From the NCBI GenBank assembly GCA_021613535.1, contig CP075497.1, positions 10,850,001 to 10,914,000 on the forward strand: DNA of 64,000 nt. The letters are read 5' to 3'. The position numbers and the translations under genes are program-made. Under the pieces are notes generated by a model. It did not search any database, had not been told where the DNA came from, and saw nothing but the letters and a program-made list of their open reading frames with translations. Shown in pieces: positions 12,475-24,326 of the stretch (positions are counted from its first letter, which is position 1; every line of letters starts with the position of its first letter). The stretch comes from Adineta vaga (lineage: Eukaryota > Animalia > Rotifera).

Positions 12475-15400
12475 ATGCTTCCAACAAACACAACAACAAA
12501 TCCAGCTCCAGGTGGAGTAAAAATGCAAAAACTTAAATCAAGTGAAGATATACCTGCTAATGCATTATTTGTTATCAAACGAGGTATTTTATTTGTCTAA
12601 TTAAGCATTTTAATTCATCGTGTAATTTAAGATGGCCGAAAGGAATATGCTATGTTCGACAAAATTACATCACGTATTTCAAAACTTAGCGAAGGTCTTG
12701 ATCTCGATTATATTGATCCAGTATGGCATACAGTTTTCTTAGGATATATATATGCATAATATTCTGATACTTTTTAGGCAGCTGTTGCTTTACAAGTTAT
12801 CAATTTTCTTCATCCAGGTAAACATTCTTAATATCTATATGATGAAGATAATAATCTGATGATGATAATTATTTACAGGTGTAACAACAGTTGAACTTGA
12901 TAATTTGGCTGCACAAAAAGCAGCTTCAATGACTGTTAAACATCCACATTATGGCATACTTGCTGGACGTATTGCTGTTAGTAATTTACACAAAGAAACT
13001 AAAACATTATTTAGTGGTTTGTATTTCTTTTTCATAAGCTTTCATAGATATACATATAAATGCATATATTTCTTTTGCAGAAGTTATTGCTGACATGTAT
13101 AATCATATGAATCCTGATTTAAATACACATGCACCAATTATTTCACAAGAAACATACGATGTTGTTATGGCTCATGCAGACGTATGGATAAAAACATATC
13201 TATATATTTGATTGTTGTATAGATTTCAATTTCAATTTTGTAGAAACTCAATGCAGCTGTTAATCATGAACGTGATTTTGATTTCAATTACTTTGGTTTC
13301 AAAGTAAAATATAATTTATTAAAATGATTTATTCCTATCGATTACTATTTAAGACACTTGAACGTTCTTATTTACGTCGTGTAAACGGTATTATTGTTGA
13401 ACGACCACAACATATGCTTATGCGTGTTGCTGTTGGTATTCATGGATCAGATATTGATAGTGCTATTGAAACATACAATTTATTATCAGAAAAATGGTTT
13501 ACACATGCAACACCAACACTTTTCAATGCAGGTAATCATTGAATATTTGATATACATTTCTATATCTAAATCATTTCTTTCTATATGTTAAGGAACAACA
13601 AAAGCACAAATGGCATCATGTTATTTATTAACAATGTGTGATGATAGTATTGAAGGTATTTTTGAAACATTACGTCGATGTGCAATTATTTCCAAGAATG
13701 CCGGTGGTATTGGTCTTGCTGTCAGTTGTATTCGAGCAAATGGATCATACATTGAAGGAGTAAATATCTGTTCTGGAATTTATTTTTATATTAATTTCTC
13801 GTTTTCGTAGACAAATGGTCGTTCAGATGGTGTTTTACCAATGATGCGTGTTTTTAACAACGTTGCTCGATATGTTAATCAAGGTAAAGAAATTAATTAA
13901 TTGAAAAATCTATTCTAAAAGTTGTCTTTTTTTAAATTAATGTAGGTGGTAAACGACCTGGTAAGTGTTGAAGATTGATTGTAAAAATAGTATTTTCTTA
14001 CTTTTTATGTTAAGGTGCTTATGCACTCTATTTGGAACCATGGCATGCGGATATCTTTGAGTTTTTGGATGCACGAAAAAATACTGGTGCTGAAGAAAAA
14101 CGTGCTCGTGATCTCTTTCCAGCCTTATGGATTCCGGATTTATTTATGCGTCGTGTTGAAGCTAACGAAAAATGGACATTAATGTGTCCACATCAATGTA
14201 AACATTTACAAAATGTTTGGGGAAAAGAATTCGAAGATTTATATACAAAATATGAACAGGAAGGTCTTGGACGACGTACAATTAAAGCACAAGATCTTTG
14301 GTTTGCTATTGTCAATGCACAAATTGAAACTGGTACACCATTCATGCTATATAAAGATCAGTGTAATGCTAAAAGTAATCAACAACATCTTGGTACAATT
14401 CATTGTTCAAATTTATGTACGGAAATTATTGAATATACAGCACCAAATGAAGTTGCTGTTTGTAATTTGGCATCAATTGCACTTAATCGATTTGTTCGTC
14501 CAGATCGAACATTTGATTTTGATAAGCTTGTTCATGTAACAAGTGTTATCGTACGTAATTTGAACAAAATTATTGATGTTAACTTCTATCCATTAAAAGA
14601 AGTATGATTTCTCTTAGTCGGATGTTTTCCTTTGAAAGAAAACATGTTCTCGATTTTCTTTAGGCTAAAGAATCTAATCTTCGTCATCGTCCAATTGGTA
14701 TTGGTGTTCAAGGTCTTGCTGATACATTCTGTTTGATGCGATTTCCATTCGAAAGTGAAGAAGCTCAACAACTTAATCGTGATATTTTCGAAACAATTTA
14801 TTATGCTGCATTAAAAGCAAGTTGTGAATCAGCTAAAATCAATGGTCCATATGAAACATATCCAGGTTCACCCGTTAGCAAAGGTGTAAGTAGATCTCAA
14901 TCTAAGACATGTTCATAGACTTGTGAAAGTTATTTGATTTCTCTCAAATAGATTCTACAATTTGATATGTGGAATGTAACACCATCCAATCGTTGGAATT
15001 GGACAGAACTTCGTAGTCAGATATCTCAATATGGTACTCGTAATAGTTTATTGTTAGCACCAATGCCAACAGCTTCTACAGCACAAATTCTTGGTAACAA
15101 CGAATCAATTGAACCATATACCAGCAATTTATACGTACGACGTGTACTTTCTGGTGAATTTCAAGTAAAGAAATCTAAATAATGTTTATTCAATGAATGA
15201 CAATCTTTTTTCTTTTTTTTCTCTTGTAAAGGTTGTCAACGATCATTTATTGAAAGATTTAACAGAATTAGGTTTATGGAATGCAGATATGAAAAATCGT
15301 TTAATGTATGAAAATGGTTCAATTCAGGTATGAATTTTATCTACTTTTTCGAGAGACAGAGAGAGAAAAAGCAGATTGAACATACATATTCTCTTAATAG

Positions 15401-15881
15401 AACATTGAAACAATTCCAGATCATATTAAAGCATTATATAAAACAGTCTGGGAAATTCCACAAAAAGTTATTATTAACATGGCTGCTGATCGTGGTGCTT
15501 TTATTGATCAATCACAATCATTAAATATTCATATTGCTGAACCAACTATGAATAAACTCTCATCAATGCATTTCTATGCTTGGAAAAAAGTTCGTATTTG
15601 TACTTTTAAATACATATCATTCGAATTCAGTGTCTGATTGTTGTTTCCAGGGTCTCAAAACAGGTATGTATTATTTACGTACACGTCCAGCAGCTGATCC
15701 AATTAAATTTACTGTTGACAAAAGTCGTATTCCAGCAACAATCAAGACCGATGGAGCTATTGAAAAAGGAACTGGTCAACTAGAAGAACTAGGAAATACT
15801 GAAGAACAAACACTTGCTCGACGAGTGAAACAATGCAATGTTACTGATGAAAATGGTGCTTGTCTTATGTGTTCATCGTAA
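12475..15881 (+). CDS. RRM1: Ribonucleoside-diphosphate reductase large subunit (class Ia), many short introns
   Basis: ATP cone [74 protein letters not shown]-terminal CLMCSS. Confidence 0.97.
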
Positions 15882-16725
15882 ACAAATCTTTATCAGGGAT
15901 ATAAAAACGAACAATTGATATATTTTCTCTCAGAAAAAAAATTATCTCATGTCTTCTTTCATTTCTTTTACTTTATTTTTCTTGTGCAATCCTTATATTT
16001 TCTTCGTACTTTTATTATATTTTCTATGTACTCGTAAGAAAAACAAAATGTATTATGACCGAAAACTAGAAACAAAAATAAAAAAGGTTTTTTAAAAACT
16101 AAGTCAAATGATTTGATTGAGATAATGAAATGCATGATGTATATCTTACGAAGACTTTATTTCAGTTTGCTTGTAGTTTAGAAAAATACAATGAATAGTT
16201 AAAACTAATGATTACTTAGTTAATCTAAACATCTATGTTTAGAAGTATGCTTACGTTAGTTCAAGAAGGTATATAGAATAGAAGTTGAAGAGTACATACT
16301 TCACGATACTTTGTATGTTTTCATTTGAAGTTCTGATTTCATATTTCTTTTTCAATGATTTACGCTCAATTGAAAACGAGTAATTATTATTTTATTTGTA
16401 ACAGTAACATAGCGTATATCTTCGAAATGATCGTTGTTCAATATATTTTAATTCTGCTTCGACAGAATTAATATCATGAACAATAGTTATACGCATAATA
16501 GCGCCATCTATTGAACGAAAAATATACGTGATTCGACATCAGAAGGGTAAGCAAATTGCATAACACATAGAAAAAATGGCTACTATATTCTTGCCATTGT
16601 TTGACTCATACATTATCGGCTTAGTTATTGTGTAAGGAAAGAAAGAGACAAGTGTATTTATTTTATTCTGGAAGGAATTTATTTCTTCGATATTAAACTT
16701 TAGTGGGAAATATTTTTCATTAAAG

Positions 16726-19700
16726 ATGTTTGCTGCATCCTCAAAACCGTCTCAATCAACGCCAACACCAACACCAACAACTTTTAATGAACGTCTCAAT
16801 GAGCAGCTTATTAACTGCTTAAATGTTCAAACAAACGTGATACAAAATTTGGCACAATATTCACAACATATTTCGTTACAACTATTCGAAATTAAAGTAA
16901 TTTCTTGTTTGTCTCATTTGAATATTTTTTTATCAAGGTTATTCTTTGTCTTCGTTTGTAGAATGTTGTTGAAATGCTTTCAAATCGAGTATTAGCTCTC
17001 CAACAACAACAACAAATGCCACATCCTCATTTTGCACCAAATCAATATGCAGCATCTTACTATCCAAACTATATGTCTCATCAACCAATACCAGTTTCTC
17101 ATCCACCACCAACTTCTCATCATCATCCTCCTCCTACAATGCCATCAGCTGTCCATTCACAACAACCTGTACCTGTGCGTATGCCAACTATGAGTACGAC
17201 AATAGCTAGTTCGCATCAACCATTTTTCACTCCGACTACCGTTACAAATCAACAATCAACATTACCGTCGACTGTTTCAACATTTCAATTCGGAACAACA
17301 GGAACAGTACCAGCATCAGCACCATCAAATCAAACAACAATGACAAATTCATTACCGCCAACAACAACAACACCAACACAATCTATCTTTACAAATCCAC
17401 CAAAATTTACTATGCCTGATACGACTACTAAACCGTCATCAACAATATTTCCGGCGACAACGCCAACAAAATCTATCTTTACAAATCCACCAAAATCTAC
17501 TATGCCTGATACGACTACTAAACCGTCATCAACAATATTTCCGGTAACAACGCCAGCAAATACTGCTACAAATGAAAAACCGCCAACGAACAGTAAGACA
17601 TACTTTATTCTTACAGTTATCTCTATATAATCCAAAATACTTTTGTTTTCTTTTTTAGCTCCATTTTCATTTGGCACTACAAGTAGTTTGGCATCAATTT
17701 TTGGTACAGGAAATTTTCCTTCTACTACCTTAGCTAATTCAACAGCAAAACCAGAAACTAATGCTGATGATGATGTCGAAGGCGGTGGTGAAGATGATTC
17801 TTATGAACCCAATGTTTCATTCAAACCTATTGTTACACTCTCAGCCGTCGAAGTTAAAACAGGAGAAGAAGATGAAAATGTCTTATTCTGTGAACGTGGC
17901 AAGCTCTATCGATTTGATTCAGCAGCAAATCAGATGAAAGAACGTGGTATTGGTGACATGAAAATTTTACAACATAAAACAAGAAAAACATGCCGAATCT
18001 TGATGCGTCGTGAACAGGTATTGAAATTATGTGCTAATCATCAAATTACACCACAAATGGAATTGAAACAACATCAAGGTTCTACTAATGCTTTCCTATG
18101 GTCAGCAACAGATTTCGCCGATGGTGAAGCTAAACATGAAACTTTATGTATACGATTCAAAACCGATGAACAAGCGAAAAACTTTGCCAAAGTATTTAAT
18201 GAAGCTAAAGAAATGAATTCGACAAGCACAGGAGATTTACCTTCTGTTGGAAAAATTTCTTTAAATGACGAAACCAAATCGAAATCAACTTCAAATGATG
18301 ATGGTAAAAGCAAATTTTTTCGTTGTTTCTTTTTCTCTCTAATATTTTAATTTCTTTTCATTTTAGATGTGATTTCTATTGGTGAAATTAAACCATCAGC
18401 AGAACAAATTGATCGAGCGAAAAAACTTCAATTACCATCAACATTCTTTTTGTATGAAAATAAAGAACCATGTAAAGGTTGTCCAGGTTGCAAAGAAGAT
18501 ACACCACCAGCTACCTCAAACGAAAGTATGTCATACAGTTTGAGAAATGATCGAAAGAATTCTCACAGAAGATTTGTAAATTGATAATTATTCATATTTA
18601 TTTATTTAGATACAACTACAACAAATGCCGCTAAAAACGATACAAAATCTTCAGGTAAAATCATTATTTTGAACGAATTTAATGGCTATTTCTGTAATGT
18701 TTCTCTAGCTCCACAAACACCATCGACAGCACCAGTATCTAAAACACCGTTAAGTTCAAGTGAAAATATCAAATTTTCTTTTGGAAATGCGGATAAATCT
18801 CAATCACAAATACAAAAACAAACATCAACAACTAAAGACGAAAAATCATCCGTCGAAACTACAGTATCAACTGCAAATGCCACATCACAATATGATAATA
18901 AGCCATCTATTTTTGGAAATCTTAATGGCACTTCTGGTTCATCAATTTTTGGAAGTTCTACTCCTACAAATAATACAAATGGTTCTGTTTTTGGTGGTAG
19001 TGCATCATTGAAGCCATCGAACAATGCGAATAGTGGATTTTCGTTTCCTGGCTTTGGTGCTGCACCAGCAGGAACACCATCAAGTGGATTTCAATTTTCC
19101 ACACCAGCTGCAACAGCAACAACTACAGCTTCAGATAAAACTTCCACATTTTCATTTGGAACTGCCGCTAGTGGTACCGCAAATCCCAACTCATCGTTTT
19201 CATTTGGAGCATCAAATGATAAACCCTTATTTGGAAATTCACCAAAATTCAGTTTTGCTGATTTAGCCAAACAATCAAACACAAACGATGATAAATCAAC
19301 AAGTAATGGTTCTGATCAACGAGGTAGGAATATAAATTGAATTCTTATTCAACTATTTATTCTCTTCTCCTTTTCTGTGTACTTATTCAGTCTTCGCTGG
19401 TCAAGGTTCACTTATCTTTGGCACTAATTCAGCTAATACTACAACAGCAACGACAGGAAATAATCATGAAGATGATGATGGTGGTGAAGGTGGTGGTGAA
19501 GATGATTCTTATGAACCCAATGTTTCATTCAAACCCATTGTTACACTTTCAGCTGTCGAAGTTAAAACCGGAGAAGAAGATGAAAATGTCTTATTCTGTG
19601 AACGTGGCAAGCTCTATCGATTCGATGCTGAAGCCAATCAAATGAAAGAACGTGGTATTGGTGAAATGAAAATTTTACAACATAAAACAACAAAAGTCTG

Positions 19701-19944
19701 TCGAATCTTGATGCGTCGTGAACAAGTATTGAAATTATGCGCAAATCATCAAATCACACCTCAAATGGATTTGAAACAACATCAAGGTTCTGAAAATGCA
19801 TATGTTTGGTCTGCTATGGATTTTGCTGATGGTGAAGCTAAACATGAAACTTTATGTATCAGATTTAAATCAAGTGAAGTAGCAAAACGATTTGAAAAAC
19901 AATTCAATGATGCCAAAGAAAAAAATGCTAATGGTCAGCAATAA
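16726..19944 (+). CDS. RanBP2/Nup358-like nucleoporin, shortened: coiled coil, two RanBP1 domains, IR/M-like motif, FG repeats
   Basis: Two Ran-binding domains (FKPIVTL..VKTGEEDENVLF..KLYRFD..MKERGIG..RILMRREQVLKLCANH), AKKLQLPSTFFLYENKEPCKGCPGC resembling the RanBP2 internal repeat, and FSFG/FG repeats. Confidence 0.85.
17381..17560 (+). repeat. Near-perfect 2 x 90 bp coding tandem duplication (SIFTNPPK.TMPDTTTKPSSTIFP.TTP..)
   Basis: 17381-17470 and 17471-17560 differ at only a few positions. Confidence 0.95.
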
Positions 19945-20013
19945 AAAACAACTAAACTACAAAATTTAATCAAACATTTTCTGTTACTCTTATTCTAAAT
20001 TGATATTACCTAT

Positions 20014-20048
20014 GTATGTGTGTGTGTCTGTGTGTGTGTGTGTGTGTG
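20014..20048. repeat. (TG)n microsatellite, interrupted
   Basis: Directly visible. Confidence 0.9.
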
Positions 20049-20692
20049 CCTCTTTTTTTTTCTATTACTGATCACTTTTTTTTTCTCTGTTCTGAATTCT
20101 TTATTTCCCTTTTTCCTTGTGCTTGCGTGTGTGTGTGTCGGATATTATTGTTAAGTTGAAAAAAACTCTTGAAAAAAAAAGATGGTAACATACAATAAAG
20201 ACACGGTTAAAAGTGAAAACATTCATTTACAAATAATCATTGTCTATGAAATAGATTTGTTATTGTAAGGTATATTAAAAAGACAGTAGTAAAAGACTAA
20301 TGTTTAATATGATTTCTATAAAATTGTGCTAATGATATCTCGATTGAAAATGATTAGATGTCTCTGTTTATCTAGCATTAAGATCTTTACTATGTTTTTC
20401 ATTATCAACATCTCACAAGAGTGACAATGTCGGAATCAAACAGTAATCATATAGAATATACCAGCTAGATAGATGTTCTATTCATGCTGTATATAAAAAT
20501 CTGATTGGCATCTGAAGAATTCTTCTCCTTTTCTTATGTATGCATCAACAGAAGTCTCTTATAACTGTAGCCAAAAGAAAAAACAGTCTGTTGTTTCTCA
20601 TATACCTTCTGCATTCTCTTTTCCTTCTCTTACACGAGCATGCGCTTATGTATATGTACAGTCGCCGAACAATTATGCATAAGATAGTACTG

Positions 20693-20719
20693 CAACAACA
20701 ACAACAACAACAACAACAG
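20693..20719. repeat. (CAA)n microsatellite
   Basis: Directly visible. Confidence 0.9.
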
Positions 20720-21155
20720 TAATAAGGAGAGGAATAACAACAATAACAGCGACCAGAAAGATTCTTCGTTTCTGTATTCTGACTGTTATCATCAATATGA
20801 TGGGAGAAACAGAAGAAATAAGAAAGAATAACGTATTCATGCGAAAACCTTGAAGTAGTCTTTAAGCAAAACCCGACAACAACACCTTTTCTATATTTTA
20901 AGATACAACCGATCGAAAATTATTTGATAGAAATCTACATCGATATGAACGTTTTCTAGAATGTCTTTACACTTGATTGTTTACATCGTGATAGGTCATA
21001 TGTAAGAAAAATGATAACTAATTTTTACAGACAATCTGTTGTTCAACAGCAAATGGTTAAGGATGATCTTAACAACAAATAGAAAGGACAAATCGGGATG
21101 AAACAAAAAGAATATTTTTGTCTTTGCGTGTTCTTTGTGGATGATGACGTAAAAC

Positions 21156-21185
21156 AAGAAGAAGAAGAAGAAGAAGAAGAAGAAG
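21156..21185. repeat. (AAG)n microsatellite
   Basis: Directly visible. Confidence 0.9.
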
Positions 21186-22014
21186 AGAAAAAAAGAGAAA
21201 CGATGGAGACAGAGAAAAGCATAGATTATCACAAAAAATATCAAGCAAGACGGTTTCGATGCATCTATTACTAGCATTTATACATATATATTTGTTTCTC
21301 GTTTGCTCGTTTTTTTCCTTCTTCCCTCTATCTACGTAGAAAAACCACAGCATCATTATTTATTCCTATCATAGTTATCGCTTCCATCAGCATCATTTCT
21401 TCTGATATGTTTATTGAGAATTTTTACTTGGTATACGTTCGTGTTGGCTATTTTTTTCTCTTTTTCTCTCATCTTTACATATCTATTCTCGTTTACTTCG
21501 ATAATCGAACTTTAGCAGCTGCAACAGGTTATAAACTTGTTGTTTTTCTTATTATTACTAATGTTAGAATCAATGATACTAGCTATGTTGATCAGTTGAT
21601 GAAATCGTCCGAGAAAGAAATTTATGTCGACACGTCGATTACAAAACCTTTTGTTGGTGTCAATAAGAATTGGCATATCTAAACCACATAAAGAAATACA
21701 TATTTTTTCCTATATTGTATTTTCTAGATCATCCTCCTAAGCGATATTTCATCACTTTCGTCGTTATCGTCGCATCCAAGAGAGAAGAATAGAAGCGCGA
21801 CGAATTGAAGATTCCCCTCCTGCTCAGGTTCGTTTTTTTTCTTCTTCTTCCATATTATTTCTTATGTTTATTTTACCTAAGAAAACGACTCGCTGTTTTC
21901 CTTTGCTTACAAAGGATACATCGTTTACTTTGCATGTTTCTTCCTAACATAAATAAATAATATTGTTTTTCTAGTACTTGACTTGTCATTGTTCAATATT
22001 GAATATCAATCGTG

Positions 22015-23801
22015 ATGCATCTTAACTGGCTATTCATCAGTTGTCTGCTTGTTCTTTTATCTGTTGGCTTGACAACAAGAACAGTCGATGCTAGCAAGAA
22101 GTCTAAGGAGGAGAATGAAGAAGAAGAAGAATCGCGCTCAACCGATTCTGATACTGATTCAGACGACGATGATGATGATGATAACAAAAAAGGTAAGACA
22201 AAAGTTCTTTTTTTTATCATTCTTAAAACCAAATCCTAAAAGATAAATAAAAGAAACAGATTCAAGATCGTATTAAGCGAATTAATTTTCTTCTTAAATA
22301 ATTTCTTTGTTTTTCAATCTATTTTTTTATTGATTTCTATGTGATCGTGTGATTGTTCTTTCTCTGTTTTGCCTGCTGATATTTCAGTAGTGTTTGTGCC
22401 ACGTGAGAAAGCTTCAATTTTTCTCTCATACAATGAATGCGTACGACGAATGAATTGTGGTTCATCACGGAAGGAGGAATGCAATGAAGAATGTGCTGTT
22501 GGTAAGTAAAAATGAATTTAATTTCGATGATATTTAATTAAAACTATTAATATGTTTATTTATTTGTTTTATTTAGGCAATACAGAAGAAGAAATGGAAG
22601 AATATACGGAAATCTTCGAACATATTGAAGAGTATCGATCAAATACCAAACGTTCATCATCAAAAAAAGGAAATAAAAGTGAAGACGAAACAACGGAATC
22701 AGAGAGTGATAGTGATGATAGTGATGGTAGTTCAACAGCATCGAATGCTGAAAGTGATGCTAGTAGTGAAGAAGAAGATGAACCACCAGCTAAAACGAAA
22801 AAATCACCATCGTCAACAACTGCTAAACAATCAATAAAAAAGAAATAAATGTCAAAGAAACATCCCGCGTGAGAATGATACCCTCTGATTTTTTCCTTTT
22901 TTTTAAATCTCTTTTCCTCCCCAATTGTTCATTTTTTGTTAGACTAGAGCATTTTTGTATTTCTTCTTCTTCTTCACATATCCAGTTGCCAACGTAATAC
23001 TCACAACCTATTTCTCCGTCTTGATGTGCTGTCTTTCAATTGTTGTATGTTGGTTTTTTCGTTTATCTCTTTCACTAATGCCAGCTTCATACGATCATTC
23101 TCTCTATCTCAACTGACTAAATTAGACACACAATGTCTTTGACAAATATATTCAAATGTATACATATCGACATCTCTACTATACATATATAAATATTGAT
23201 ATATATATTTCTTGAACTTATCAATTTTAGCTGTCTTCATCTCACGTGATCGTGCTTCCATCTTTTTATCCTACAACGAATGTATGAGGAGGATGAACTG
23301 TGGTCCAACAAGACGCGAAGAATGCAGCGAAGAGTGTGCAGGCGGTAAGATAATTTTCTATTTATCTTTGATATATCATATTTCATTTTGTTTTCCATAT
23401 TAATAGGAAACACGGAAGAAGAAACCGAAGAATATGCTGAAGTCTTTGAAAGTCTAGAAGATTATCGTACTGACAACAAGAAAGGTCATCGACCCAAACG
23501 TAAAAATGACGTTTCAGAATCTGATTCTGATAGTGATTCGGATTCTGACTCGGATTCCGACAGTGATTCCGATACAGATTCGGATACAGACGAAACTTCT
23601 GACTCTGAAAGTGATTCTGAAAGTGAAACAGACTCAGACACGGATTCAACTTCTGATAGTGATGACGAAGAAGAAAGTGACAACAAAGAAGAACAAGAAG
23701 AAGCAAAAGAATCAGGAAAAAATACAAAGAAGAAAAGTAAAAACGTCCAATCAAGCAAACAGACAAATCAAAAAGGTGGTAAATCAAAACGCCATAATTA
23801 A
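22015..23801 (+). CDS. Secreted acidic protein with two alternative Gla-domain-like 3' modules: exon 22015-22192 joined to either 22388-22501 + 22577-22848 or 23231-23344 + 23407-23801
   Basis: Signal peptide MHLNWLFISCLLVLLSVGLTTRTVDA; all junctions GT-AG and phase 1. The two modules are paralogous (VFVPREKASIFLSYNECVRRMNCGSSRKEECNEECAVGNTEEEMEEYTEIFE vs VFISRDRASIFLSYNECMRRMNCGPTRREECSEECAGGNTEEETEEYAEVFE), each with its own stop. Confidence 0.8.
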
Positions 23802-24326
23802 ACAATGATCATATTATGTTCTGAAATCTCACCTTTTCTTTCTTTTCATAAACATTTTTAAACCATTAACAAAACAAACTTTAATACGCTCATACAACAT
23901 TTATATTCTTTGGTGTTTTATACACACTTTTTATTCTTGCACAATGCTTTCGTATTTGGAAATACTCACATAGAAAAAACAACATTTCTATACGTTTCGT
24001 TTCTGTACGATTTCTTTGGAAATGCAAGCATATTTTCTGTCACACATCTAGTTTTAGTTGCTTATTTTCTTTTCCTTTATTTTTGTGCACAACTTCTATT
24101 TCTGTTTCGTGAGTGAGTGAGTGATAACAATTTCTTTTCTTTTTTTTTGTTCATTTCTATTTTTTTCTTTCCAATACCTTGAATTTATAAAGTTTTAAAG
24201 TTCTCCCGAAAGAGTAGCAGGTATACAACAATTCTAAAGGACGTATTATTGTTCCTTTATTTAGATAATAGAAGACGAGAAAAAAAAACACATTAAAAAA
24301 CGTGAAGAAAAAGAAAAATATTTCGT

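Noticed and set aside
17330-19282. Antisense ORFs over the RanBP2-like gene (also 21993-22232, 23383-23805, 40348-40740, 45684-46052)
   Set aside because: Shadow frames of real low-complexity or conserved exons on the opposite strand.
20540-21682. Short ORFs with polyQ, polyF or polyL
   Set aside because: Produced by CAA/AAG microsatellites in the upstream region of the secreted gene; no coherent exon structure.
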